Positions 1-9,449 of a stretch of DNA of 64,000 nt are shown one piece after another. The stretch comes from Thermoplasmatota archaeon. GTDB taxonomy: Archaea; Thermoplasmatota; JAKEGO01. The translations under genes were made by a program, and so were the position numbers. The first letter of the stretch is position 1; each line of letters opens with the position of its first letter. The stretch spans positions 160,001 through 224,000 of the forward strand of contig JANQNK010000003.1 in assembly GCA_028279595.1 (NCBI GenBank), given 5' to 3'. Below the pieces are notes generated by a model. The model did not search any database. It was not told the DNA's origin and saw only the letters and a program-made list of their open reading frames with translations.

Positions 1-46
1 CGCGACGTTTCTTCATTCCTGGTATGGAATCTGGTGATCCGGCCAT
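1..46 (-). CDS. 5' fragment of a CDS running off the window; probably a second TadC/FlaJ-type pilus membrane protein
   Basis: ATG at 46 two bases after the stop of the upstream TadC-like gene, open to the window edge (MAGSPDSIPGMKKRR...); product inferred from the usual gene order only. Confidence 0.3.
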   Translation of the reverse strand, partial: MAGSPDSIPGMKKRR

Positions 47-48
47 CG

Positions 49-966
49 TTACACCTTCGGGGTCGCCATCCTCACGAACGTGATGTACGCGAAATGCACC
101 ACGGGCATCGCGATCCATGAGAACATGTACATTATCGTATCTCCTGCGCTGTATCCGGACCCGCTGATCCAGAATGTGATCGTTAGGATGATCATCAGGA
201 ACATCGGCATCGCCACGGCAACGATGACGTAGGACTCGGCCATGAAGGCCAGCGTGTCAAGGAAGGACTTCTGTTCCCTCCTGTTCTGGAGCATGTAGTA
301 CTCGCCCCTGTTGAGGAAGTAGAGCTTGAGGTCGCCGCCGGATGTCAGGGTTCCGACGACCCCCTGCAGGAACTCCTGCCACTGGGTGGAGGGCGACCGC
401 TTCACCGCCCTCTTCAGGGCTGTCAGCAGGTCCGTCCCCAGGAGGGTCATGTCCCTGTAGATCCACTTAGCCTCGTCGGCGATCTCTCCGTATATGTGCT
501 TCTGGGCAGAGAGTGACATGAAGATCTTCTGCGGGGTCGCGTTCGCGGCGGCCATCGCGGCGACGAAGTTCGCGGCGTACGGCAGGTACACCTCTATGTC
601 GTCAGCACGGGCCTTGACCTTCATCCGCGGCCAGGCCTTGAATCCCATGAACACTATCAGCGGTATCGCCAACGAGCCCAGGGCTATCAGCTGGAATATC
701 GGAACGAGAAGCTCCATTCCGGCCCCGGCCATTATCGGGATCAGCACGAAACCCATGAGGAAGAACATGAGGACACCGACGATCGCGGAGATGAGCGTGG
801 CCATCCACATGGTCGCGATGTAGACCTCCGCCAGCATGGGCATGTGGCCCTTCTCCAGGTACTCCCTCAGGCTGTAGTTGCGCTCAGCCGACCTCTTGGC
901 CATACCGTAGAACGTCTGGTATGACAGTCGCTGGAAGGGATTGAGTATATCCTTTTCGTCAGCCAT
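49..966 (-). CDS. Type II secretion system F / TadC-FlaJ family pilus platform membrane protein
   Basis: Multi-TM 305 aa with LPYA..., 'GTDLLTALKRAVKRSPSTQWQEFLQG' and 'LAFMAESY' T2SSF-like segments; directly downstream of the secretion ATPase. Confidence 0.85.
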   Translation of the reverse strand: MADEKDILNPFQRLSYQTFYGMAKRSAERNYSLREYLEKGHMPMLAEVYIATMWMATLISAIVGVLMFFLMGFVLIPIMAGAGMELLVPIFQLIALGSLAIPLIVFMGFKAWPRMKVKARADDIEVYLPYAANFVAAMAAANATPQKIFMSLSAQKHIYGEIADEAKWIYRDMTLLGTDLLTALKRAVKRSPSTQWQEFLQGVVGTLTSGGDLKLYFLNRGEYYMLQNRREQKSFLDTLAFMAESYVIVAVAMPMFLMIILTITFWISGSGYSAGDTIMYMFSWIAMPVVHFAYITFVRMATPKV

Positions 967-969
967 TGT

Positions 970-2742
970 TCATCCCCACTCGACCGCGTCGGGGGCTCCC
1001 TCCGGCAGCGATGCGACCGGTTCCTCGAAGCCCTCGCCCAGCGATTCCGCCTCTTCCGCGCCCTCTAACTCCGCCGTCCTCTTCGTCCTTATCCTATCGA
1101 TTCCGAGTCGCCTCAGTACATCGTCGGGATTGACGTAGTACTCGTTGATGATCCCGGATGCTTCCCTGTAATCGTTAACGTCGTTCTCCACCATCCACTC
1201 GAGGATCCTCTGCCTGGTCTTGAGCTCGGCCGTCAGGCTCTCCTTGTCCAGGTTGGCCAGGACCATGACGTTCTCCAGCACGTAGCTCTTTCCGAAGAAC
1301 TCGTACTCGTCCTCGGCCGGGTTCCACCTGAACGCCTCGTTGGTGAGCAGCTCACCGGTGTGCGGATCGAGACCGATGACCTCGACGAGCTGCTTGCAGC
1401 GCCTGACGCGCTTCTCCTTGATCCTCGTCTGGATCTGGATGGAGCAGGCGTCCAGCGACGGCAGCATGACCCGCGGGATGTCGATCGGCTTGTTCTCGAG
1501 ACGATGGATGAGGCTTGGAACGGAATCCGCGTGCACTGTGGAATAGGTGGTGTGCCCCGTGGCCATCGCCTGGAACAACACGTATGCCTCGGGACCACGG
1601 ATCTCTCCCACGATGATGTACTCCGGCCTCTGCCTGAGGGCGGCCTTCAGGAGGTCGTACATGTCGATGGCGCCGGTCACCTTACCGGAGGCGGTGGCCT
1701 CTCCACCGAAACCCTCACGGGTACAACCCGGTACCCAGTTCGGGTGAGGAAGGTTAACCTCCCTGGTCTCCTCGATGGAGACGATCTTCACCTGGTGTGG
1801 AATGAAGAGCGAGATGGCGTTCAGGCTCGTCGTCTTTCCGGAAGCCGTACCTCCGACGAAGAGCATGGACATGCCGTACTGCACGGCCATCCAGAGATAG
1901 GCCATGAGCAGCGGCGAGAAGGTCTGGAACTTGATCAGGTCGGTCGGTGTGAACGGCTCCTCCCTGAACTTACGGATGGTGTACGTGGAACCCCTCGTCG
2001 AGATGTCCTTTCCTAGGGTCATGACGACACGGGAACCGTCCATCAGCGTGGCGTCTAGCAGGGGTTCAGCGACGGAGATGTGCTTCCCGCAACGCTGGGC
2101 CAGCCGGATGATGTAAGACTCCAGTTCGAACTCGTCGGGCCACATGATGTTGGACTCGAGGGACTCGTGCCTGCGGTGGTAGATGAAGACCGGGATCTCC
2201 GGTCCGTCGCACGAGACATCCTCGATGTTCGGGTCGGACATGAGCGGATCGATCCTACCGTATCCCAGCAGGTCCCTCCTGACGTAGTAGAAGACCTTGT
2301 CGATGGAGACCTCCCTCACGTCGTCGGTCATGTTCTTGAAGAGCCCGTAGGACTTGATGATCTTGTCAACGATGCCCCTCAGATAATCGATCGGGTCCTC
2401 CTCCAGGTCCTCGAGGCGGATGTCGAACGTCCGGACCAGGACCTCCTCGATCAGGTTGACCGCGAACTCCTCGTCCGGGTCCAGCGGAGGCTCTATGACG
2501 TAGTGATAGCGAAGGTGGTTCTCCCTGTTGAAGACGATCTTGACGTAGACGAGGTTCTCGTGGACGACGTAGGTCTCCAGGATCTCGTACATCGGCAGGC
2601 TCAGATCGGGCACCGGCGGTGCCAGTTTCGTCCTGATATCGTCCTCCTGCATGAACTTCTTGACCTGCTTCTCCGTCGACGACGCCTTGCCCTTGGGTTG
2701 AGCCTTCTCCTCCTCGGGAGTCTCATCGGCTTTCATGGCCAT
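970..2742 (-). CDS. Type II/IV secretion (archaeal type IV pilus) assembly ATPase, FlaI/TadA/VirB11 family
   Basis: Walker A GGTASGKTT, Asp box SIEETRE, LRQRPEYIIVGEIRG, His box TGH..STVHA. Confidence 0.93.
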   Translation of the reverse strand: MAMKADETPEEEKAQPKGKASSTEKQVKKFMQEDDIRTKLAPPVPDLSLPMYEILETYVVHENLVYVKIVFNRENHLRYHYVIEPPLDPDEEFAVNLIEEVLVRTFDIRLEDLEEDPIDYLRGIVDKIIKSYGLFKNMTDDVREVSIDKVFYYVRRDLLGYGRIDPLMSDPNIEDVSCDGPEIPVFIYHRRHESLESNIMWPDEFELESYIIRLAQRCGKHISVAEPLLDATLMDGSRVVMTLGKDISTRGSTYTIRKFREEPFTPTDLIKFQTFSPLLMAYLWMAVQYGMSMLFVGGTASGKTTSLNAISLFIPHQVKIVSIEETREVNLPHPNWVPGCTREGFGGEATASGKVTGAIDMYDLLKAALRQRPEYIIVGEIRGPEAYVLFQAMATGHTTYSTVHADSVPSLIHRLENKPIDIPRVMLPSLDACSIQIQTRIKEKRVRRCKQLVEVIGLDPHTGELLTNEAFRWNPAEDEYEFFGKSYVLENVMVLANLDKESLTAELKTRQRILEWMVENDVNDYREASGIINEYYVNPDDVLRRLGIDRIRTKRTAELEGAEEAESLGEGFEEPVASLPEGAPDAVEWG

Positions 2743-2968
2743 ACAACATCACCCCTACGCACTTGGCTCACGTCTACATGTATGCGTTCAATACTATATA
2801 TCTTTATTCGAGGGGAGGTCCAGAATACGGACGGTCAGGGCGGGACCCTGGCCATCGGAATATCGGTCGGTTTCCGGCGCCCTGAACGACCTTCCTACCG
2901 GGCACTTCGATCCCACCGGTGGCATACCGTTTTATAACCCTCTTCCGCTATGGCCGAACGGTGATCGA

Positions 2969-4480
2969 ATGGACCTCCACCTGAAAGGAAGACTGGTGCT
3001 CAGCAGGGAGACCGACATACCCGGACTAGAAGGGTTCCTGTCGGAATCGAACTCCACCGTTCTGGCCAAGGGCGCTCCAGAGGGAATGGGGGCCGAGGTC
3101 ATCTCTCATAGGCTGGAGGGCAACGAGCTCCATCTCGAGATCAGGAGCCACGAGTCCGTCAGGGCCCACGACGCCATGCTCCGTCTGAAGAACGCGTTCG
3201 CCGCCAAGTTCGGCAAGGAGTTCAAGGTCGGGGTGCGGGATATCGTCATCGACACCTATGACATTACTTTCGACATCGAGAAGGAGCCAGTGCACGACGT
3301 GAACCTGCCATTCGTGGAGAGATTGTCCTTCGAGGGTACCAAGGCGACTATCCATCTCGTGGACGTCGAGGAGGAGTTCCTGCAGGGCAATTACATCGAC
3401 AGGATGATCTCCAGGGTCCAGGAGAAGATCGAGGGGCAGTACTACGAGGGCAAGGGCGAGTTCTGGAAGGAGATGTGGACCTCGCCGGAGAAGCCCGTGA
3501 AGTGGAGCGACGACCCCACGGACGCGATGCTCGACGCCGGATGGCTGAAGCAGGGCCCCACCAAGGGGAAGTGGTTCCTCAGGCCCCAGGCCGCCGCTGT
3601 CCTGAGGGCCATGGAGCGGATCGCCGTCCAGGAGATGCTCCTGCCGCTCGGATACCAGGAGGTCATCGAGTCCCATTTCGTCTCGTTCGACATCTGGTTG
3701 AAGACCGGCCACCTCGAGGGTTCTCCGAACGAGTTCTACTACGCCTTCGAGCCCGAGACCAGGGACCCCGCCGCCTGGGAGCGGTTCAAGGACATCGTCA
3801 AGATCACGAAGAAGGTGCCGGAGGACGAGCTCCTGAAGCTCGTCAAACCTTCCAATGCCGGTCTTTGCTATGCTCAGTGTCCGGTGACCTACTGGTCGTT
3901 CCAGAACAAGACCATCGCCGACGGCTCCCTGCCTCTACTGCTCTTCGAGAGGGCCGCTAACTCCTCGAGGTACGAGTCCGGCGGCCGGCACGGCATGGAG
4001 AGGGTCGACGAGTTCCACCGGATAGAGGTGATCTTCATCGGCTACCAGGACCAGATAATGAAGGTGCGGGAGGACCTGCTCGAGAAGTACAAGTACGTCT
4101 TCAACGACGTCCTCGACCTCGAGTGGCGGATGGCCTGGGTCACACCCTTCTACATGCAGCAGGCCGGTCAGGTCGGCATCGACGACGAGGACAAGATGAT
4201 CAAGGGCACCATAGACTTCGAGGCCTTCCTACCATACCGGGGTGACAGGGATACGAGTGAATGGCTCGAGTTCCAGAACCTCTCCGTACTGGGAGACAAG
4301 TTCACGAGCGCCTTCAACATCAAGGGGCAGAAGGGAGAGGTCTGGTCGGGCTGCACCGGGATCGGCCTGGAGAGGTGGACCACAGCTTTCCTCTCCCAGC
4401 ACACCATCGACCCGGAGAACTGGCCCGAAGGGTTCAGGAAGTACCTGCCTGAACTGCCGGAAGGCTACGATCTGCTATGA
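2969..4480 (+). CDS. serS: Seryl-tRNA synthetase, methanogen-type (type 2)
   Basis: RAHDAMLR N-domain, GKWF, YAQCP, RYESGG..G.ERVDEFHRIE, EWLEFQN, SGCTGIGLERW; start moved to ATG 2969 after a GGTGAT RBS. Confidence 0.9.
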   Translation: MDLHLKGRLVLSRETDIPGLEGFLSESNSTVLAKGAPEGMGAEVISHRLEGNELHLEIRSHESVRAHDAMLRLKNAFAAKFGKEFKVGVRDIVIDTYDITFDIEKEPVHDVNLPFVERLSFEGTKATIHLVDVEEEFLQGNYIDRMISRVQEKIEGQYYEGKGEFWKEMWTSPEKPVKWSDDPTDAMLDAGWLKQGPTKGKWFLRPQAAAVLRAMERIAVQEMLLPLGYQEVIESHFVSFDIWLKTGHLEGSPNEFYYAFEPETRDPAAWERFKDIVKITKKVPEDELLKLVKPSNAGLCYAQCPVTYWSFQNKTIADGSLPLLLFERAANSSRYESGGRHGMERVDEFHRIEVIFIGYQDQIMKVREDLLEKYKYVFNDVLDLEWRMAWVTPFYMQQAGQVGIDDEDKMIKGTIDFEAFLPYRGDRDTSEWLEFQNLSVLGDKFTSAFNIKGQKGEVWSGCTGIGLERWTTAFLSQHTIDPENWPEGFRKYLPELPEGYDLL

Positions 4481-4513
4481 TGGAAGGAAATACCCGGCAA
4501 GAATTCAACTGTC

Positions 4514-4720
4514 CTAGAGGTCGAAATCACTGCTGAGGAGCGAGGAAGCGCTCTTATACTCTCCGCTACGGCCCGAGTCCATCTCCTCGAAGACCTCGGG
4601 ATCGATGTCGTCCATGGATATCTGGTTCTTGCACTCGGGACAGCGTGTGAGCCTGTCCTCCAACAGCTGGAGTGCGTTGACCTCGACCATGACCTCGCAC
4701 CTTGGACATTCTATCTGCAT
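4514..4720 (-). CDS. Small zinc-ribbon protein
   Basis: CPRC...CPEC pair, 68 aa. Confidence 0.7.
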   Translation of the reverse strand: MQIECPRCEVMVEVNALQLLEDRLTRCPECKNQISMDDIDPEVFEEMDSGRSGEYKSASSLLSSDFDL

Positions 4721-4757
4721 CGGTGTTCCTCTCGCGACAATCGGACTCCCAGTTTAT

Positions 4758-7700
4758 TTATTTTCTGGTGGTTCTCCGCTTGCTGGGGGGTTTGCTGGAA
4801 TTCACTATAGGAGGTCGTTTTACCTTCTTACCCTTCATTGGAGATATCGGCCCCCCTTCATCCTTGGGTAACGATCTCGTCTCTCTCCTCTCCTCCATCA
4901 TCCGTTTCCGTTTGACGATACGTAGCAGGAGGACGACAAGTATCACAGCAGCAAGGAAAAGGATGGAGTTCTGCAGAACCATACTTGAATCGATCTCGAG
5001 CGGATGGTCGCTAGTGTCCTTATGGGGATTTCTGATCACGATCTCCTGTTCTATGATATCCGAATAATGGGCGCCGTCGGAAACTCGGATCTCGAATGAG
5101 TGTCTTCCGCTCCCATAATCGTCGGCCCATAGCCTGAGGGTCAACATGAAAGACGTTAAATTGACATGATCGACATTGGGACGGACCTCTGTCCAATTAC
5201 CACCATTCACCTTCATTTCCACGGTGAAAATGTTTCCCCTGTCTTCTGTCACATTGAATATGATGTAGAATGATGTACCGACATTTACCTTTTTGCTGGT
5301 CCTTTCATCGATCGAAATGACCGGAATTCCATCGATGTCCCCGGGAGGCTCGATATAGGTCGTGAAGGACCTTGACAACGGGGAGAAATCATATGTGTCT
5401 GTCCTGATGTAGTAATGGTGGTCGACTATTCCATCTTCATTCTCGTCCGTTGTCCATCTCGAATAGTGGTTGTTCCACCAGTAGATCTTCTCGATTCCTG
5501 CTGCATCGATATTTTCATGGTTTCGAACGAAATCGTTAAAGTAAATCTCTCCGTTCGTCTCATAGGTCTTTATCCCACTCTCCAGATTCGCGTACATCCA
5601 CGATCTCGTAATGTTCAATTCTTCGGTATCATAGATTAAAAATCCAAATTCGTTATGAGAGACGTTGACCAGGGAGATGTCTACCTGATAGCAATCAATC
5701 AAAGATATCCCAACATAATGGTCGGTGATGCTGCAGTTGGAGATCATCACATTCGAGCAGCTGTCGATGTAAAGGCCGTCCGATGTGAATTGGCTACTCA
5801 ATGGATATGGAAAATCGTATCCACTGCCCCCGTCCAATGTCAAGTTCATGATCGAGATATTGTCTGAATCCCAAACCATGACTGCTCCCATCAGAGGAGC
5901 GATCATCATGTCTCTGATCGTGACATCAGAGCAATTGACCAGAATGAGCTGAGTGGAATCTTCGGTTATCACTGTCTCTACCTCGGACACAACCAAGGTC
6001 GGAAATTCCCCATCGATCGAGCAATTTTTGAATTCTGATTCCATGAATCCCATGGTCCCGAGTGGTTCGACAAAGATATCACCAGATATATCGCACTCGG
6101 TAAACCGATTCGTCCCCCTAACGAAAACGATGAAATCCGAAGCTTCGATCGAACAATCAGTGAATCGGCTGTCGCCCGATAGGATGATCAACGTCCTGTT
6201 CGTAATTGAACATTCTTTGAACCGATTATCGTTTCCATCGATCTGAACGGATCCTGTCCCATTGATAACCACATCATCGAATCGGTTTCGATCCCCTGTC
6301 ACGATGAGATCGCCTGTCATCCGGTTCAACTCGATCCCATCGATAGAATTGTCGTTGCCGATTATCTCGAACGATTGGTTCGCGAATCCTACCCCATTCA
6401 CATCCGCGATCTCGTTCCCATTCCCTCCTATCCTGATGTACGACTCAGGGCCGACCTCTGAGACGGATGAATGATCGAAAGACATCGATGCATTGGAACC
6501 ACTTATCGAAATGAAGTTCGATATAAGGGTGGTATTGACTATCGATCCATTATTACCGATGTCCAATTCCGAAGGCAATACGTAATACCAATTGAAGCCA
6601 CTGGATACCAGCTGGAATCGGGAATCGGCAATATTGACGTCATCGTTCACGCGTAAACGAAGGTATGCGTTATCGACGATACAATCTGAGATCGTTACAT
6701 TATCGAAATCAGCGATGTAAAATCCAATCGTAGGATAACTGGAGATGTAGTATTTTCTCAAGATATTGAGAATATTAACATTTCCGATCCTGAGCCTTTG
6801 ACCATTCGTTAAATAAAGCCCTTCAGTGGAGTTCTGGACAGACAGTGAATCTATGACAACATCGTTAATCCCTTCCATTCTGATACCTTTTTGAATTCCT
6901 TCACACGTGATGTTCCTAACCGTGATGTTAGAAGAAGAGTAAACACGTATCCCGTCACCCTCCAACATCAATGAGTTCTGGACGGTGATGTTCTTACAGG
7001 ATACCGCAATCATCCCTCCCACTCCATCATAGGTCTGGTCCTCCTCATCGACCAAGACGAGATATCTACCGGTTAGTGTGGAACAATTGACCAATGAGTA
7101 CGATCTGACGCGAGCTTCGAAATATATATTGTAATCCAATCCTCCCCTGATAACACAATTCATCAGAGTCAGATCGTTTGCATACTCGACGTCCAGCCCA
7201 TCCTCCGAAAGAAATGTGGAATTCACCGCAGTGAGATCGGTGCGGTATAGTTCGAAGTCACTCAGGTCTGTTTCGATCGTGACATTGTCGATGTACACAT
7301 TGTGACAATCCTTGAAGATCATTCCAGTAGAGGCCCCGGTGATCGTGGAATCCTTAACCAACAGGTCATGGCAATCTTCGGCAATGATGGAATTCAATCC
7401 ATTCTGGTCAACTATCGTGATATTGCTACAATTATTGATGATGATTTGTCCAGCGATATCAGAATACAACATGTCAGTCTGGTCATGGATAATGATCAAT
7501 GGCCTTCCATCCACGGTTGTGTTTTCAATGATGATATCTTCGATTGCTACTTCCTCTCCAATTACCACCCCTGAACCGAATAGTTCGCAACCGCTTATGT
7601 AGGTCGTTTCATCGATAAAAATGGACCCCATCGTGCAATTGGAAATGGTGACATTTTTCGCTACTGTTGGTCCAAGGATACCTAATCCATAACCGGTTCG

Positions 7701-8231
7701 ATCGATGACCGAGTCAACGATCAATGTGGAACCTGAGGTAACTATTGCAGTATAAGGTGCATTGAGTATGGTCACATTCCTGATCTCGTTCTTGGAATAA
7801 TCCTCACTTCTCGATAGATCCATTGATCCGTTTATAAGTACACAATCCTCTATGAGGAATGTTCCGTCCCTAGAATGAATGAGATCGTCGTAAGTAGAGT
7901 TCGTACTCATTGTGAATCCGGAGATCGATACTCCTGGCTCGTAAATACCGAGGCCAGAATAGTCAAACTTAAGAAAGGTATTCGAGGAACCATTTCCAAT
8001 TATGGTGATCGAATCAAGAATGGATAACCTTGAGAGCCAGTAGGTACCAGCATGGACTCTGATTGTATCATTATCATTTGCGGTGTATATAGCCCATGAC
8101 AGGGAACCTGAGTCCGCACCGTCCCAATCGTCATCAACGATGTAAGTCTCACCCGAGGACAAACCGATTGATAAAATCACGACTAACAAGACCGCGGTGA
8201 TTAGGAGTCCCCTGAGCATGGTGTTCCCCAT
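4758..8231 (-). CDS. Large secreted, membrane-anchored parallel beta-helix (NosD/pectin-lyase-like) protein
   Basis: Signal peptide, VDDD...GTY N-terminal motif, many I.N.TI beta-helix repeats, C-terminal TM plus basic tail; lower GC than neighbours. Confidence 0.8.
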   Translation of the reverse strand: MGNTMLRGLLITAVLLVVILSIGLSSGETYIVDDDWDGADSGSLSWAIYTANDNDTIRVHAGTYWLSRLSILDSITIIGNGSSNTFLKFDYSGLGIYEPGVSISGFTMSTNSTYDDLIHSRDGTFLIEDCVLINGSMDLSRSEDYSKNEIRNVTILNAPYTAIVTSGSTLIVDSVIDRTGYGLGILGPTVAKNVTISNCTMGSIFIDETTYISGCELFGSGVVIGEEVAIEDIIIENTTVDGRPLIIIHDQTDMLYSDIAGQIIINNCSNITIVDQNGLNSIIAEDCHDLLVKDSTITGASTGMIFKDCHNVYIDNVTIETDLSDFELYRTDLTAVNSTFLSEDGLDVEYANDLTLMNCVIRGGLDYNIYFEARVRSYSLVNCSTLTGRYLVLVDEEDQTYDGVGGMIAVSCKNITVQNSLMLEGDGIRVYSSSNITVRNITCEGIQKGIRMEGINDVVIDSLSVQNSTEGLYLTNGQRLRIGNVNILNILRKYYISSYPTIGFYIADFDNVTISDCIVDNAYLRLRVNDDVNIADSRFQLVSSGFNWYYVLPSELDIGNNGSIVNTTLISNFISISGSNASMSFDHSSVSEVGPESYIRIGGNGNEIADVNGVGFANQSFEIIGNDNSIDGIELNRMTGDLIVTGDRNRFDDVVINGTGSVQIDGNDNRFKECSITNRTLIILSGDSRFTDCSIEASDFIVFVRGTNRFTECDISGDIFVEPLGTMGFMESEFKNCSIDGEFPTLVVSEVETVITEDSTQLILVNCSDVTIRDMMIAPLMGAVMVWDSDNISIMNLTLDGGSGYDFPYPLSSQFTSDGLYIDSCSNVMISNCSITDHYVGISLIDCYQVDISLVNVSHNEFGFLIYDTEELNITRSWMYANLESGIKTYETNGEIYFNDFVRNHENIDAAGIEKIYWWNNHYSRWTTDENEDGIVDHHYYIRTDTYDFSPLSRSFTTYIEPPGDIDGIPVISIDERTSKKVNVGTSFYIIFNVTEDRGNIFTVEMKVNGGNWTEVRPNVDHVNLTSFMLTLRLWADDYGSGRHSFEIRVSDGAHYSDIIEQEIVIRNPHKDTSDHPLEIDSSMVLQNSILFLAAVILVVLLLRIVKRKRMMEERRETRSLPKDEGGPISPMKGKKVKRPPIVNSSKPPSKRRTTRK

Positions 8232-8341
8232 TCAAACGACTCTGTTCAAACATAAAGGGTTTATGGTCATCATTTTCCATCGAGGCTAATCCGAATCCCA
8301 CATGATTTCCAGAGAGCCAGACGTCGAGGATAAGTACGATT

Positions 8342-9382
8342 TCACTCCACTTCGACCTTGTACCCGGTATTGTTGACGGGAGCGGTGATGACCCTGTCGA
8401 CGATGTCGCTTTCAGTCATCATTCGCTCGAATGCTGCGGCATCAACGACGGGAACAACGCCTGTGACACTTGGTCCCACAGAGCTCATACCGACCAGCTT
8501 CGCCCCGGCGTCCCTCATCCGCTTGGAAAGGTCCCGAATTCCCTGCGGATCAGCGTGATGCTCGATCTCGGCGACCTTGGAACCTAGCGATTGTATGCTC
8601 TCGATCGCCTCGGTCATCCCATCGAGGTCCATGGACTCCATCGCGGGGACCAGGTCCATGAGCATGATGTGCGTCTTCCTCTGCGCGTCCCTGTCATCGA
8701 GGTCCCTCGCCCTGTTCATCAGGAGCTCGACCTCATCCTCGCCCGAGTGCCTGTCGGGATCGCCGGCGATGACCGCCATAACGACCGAGAGATCGTCCGG
8801 GAGGGGAGCCCTGTGTGCTATCCCGAGCCCGTCCGACATGATAACGAATCCTCCGTAGAGTCCAGCAGCGGGTCCGACCCCGGTCTCGAATCCAGGGATC
8901 ACTCCATCCGGGTGGTCCTCGATGAAGTTCCGGCCGATGATGTAACGAAGGTCCCTGCTCTCGAGAGGCTTTCCAAGGACGTGGTTGACAGCGACCGCCA
9001 CTGCGGTCATCAACGCGCTCGTCGAGCCGAGTCCGAGATGCCTGATGCCGTGGTCCTCGGCCTCGATCTCGAGGCATCCGTCGTAACCTGCAGCTCCCGC
9101 GACGACGCGGGCGGCGTGCTCGACGACGTTCGATCTCGATGAATCGAAGACCCATTCCTCGGAGGGTCTGGCCTTCGCAACGGCGTCGAGGCCGATGGCG
9201 TGCCCTATCCCGCCACCTCCTGGTTTCCCTGGTGAGAACCGGCGCATGTCGATGACTGACAGGTGGGTCCTGCAGGGCACCACTGCTTTGGCCATCTCAT
9301 GCAATTTTATGGAACCCGTACTGTAGAATGAATCGTCAAGGAACGTGCCCGGTCTGAGGACCTCCATGGAACTCCAATCCAA
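8342..9382 (-). CDS. GHMP-kinase-fold protein, beta-RFAP synthase-like family
   Basis: PCRTHLSVIDM..GGGGIG, H.GLGSTS, GMSSVGP motifs. Confidence 0.75.
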   Translation of the reverse strand: MDWSSMEVLRPGTFLDDSFYSTGSIKLHEMAKAVVPCRTHLSVIDMRRFSPGKPGGGGIGHAIGLDAVAKARPSEEWVFDSSRSNVVEHAARVVAGAAGYDGCLEIEAEDHGIRHLGLGSTSALMTAVAVAVNHVLGKPLESRDLRYIIGRNFIEDHPDGVIPGFETGVGPAAGLYGGFVIMSDGLGIAHRAPLPDDLSVVMAVIAGDPDRHSGEDEVELLMNRARDLDDRDAQRKTHIMLMDLVPAMESMDLDGMTEAIESIQSLGSKVAEIEHHADPQGIRDLSKRMRDAGAKLVGMSSVGPSVTGVVPVVDAAAFERMMTESDIVDRVITAPVNNTGYKVEVE

Positions 9383-9449
9383 CCCCGGTATTAGTCATTT
9401 TCCCGGATGCTCCAAAAGGAAGATGTAATCCGCGGAAGCATTGGAGACC

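Noticed and set aside
2735-2968. N-terminal extension of SerRS
   Set aside because: Spans divergent promoters; family-like sequence starts at ATG 2969.
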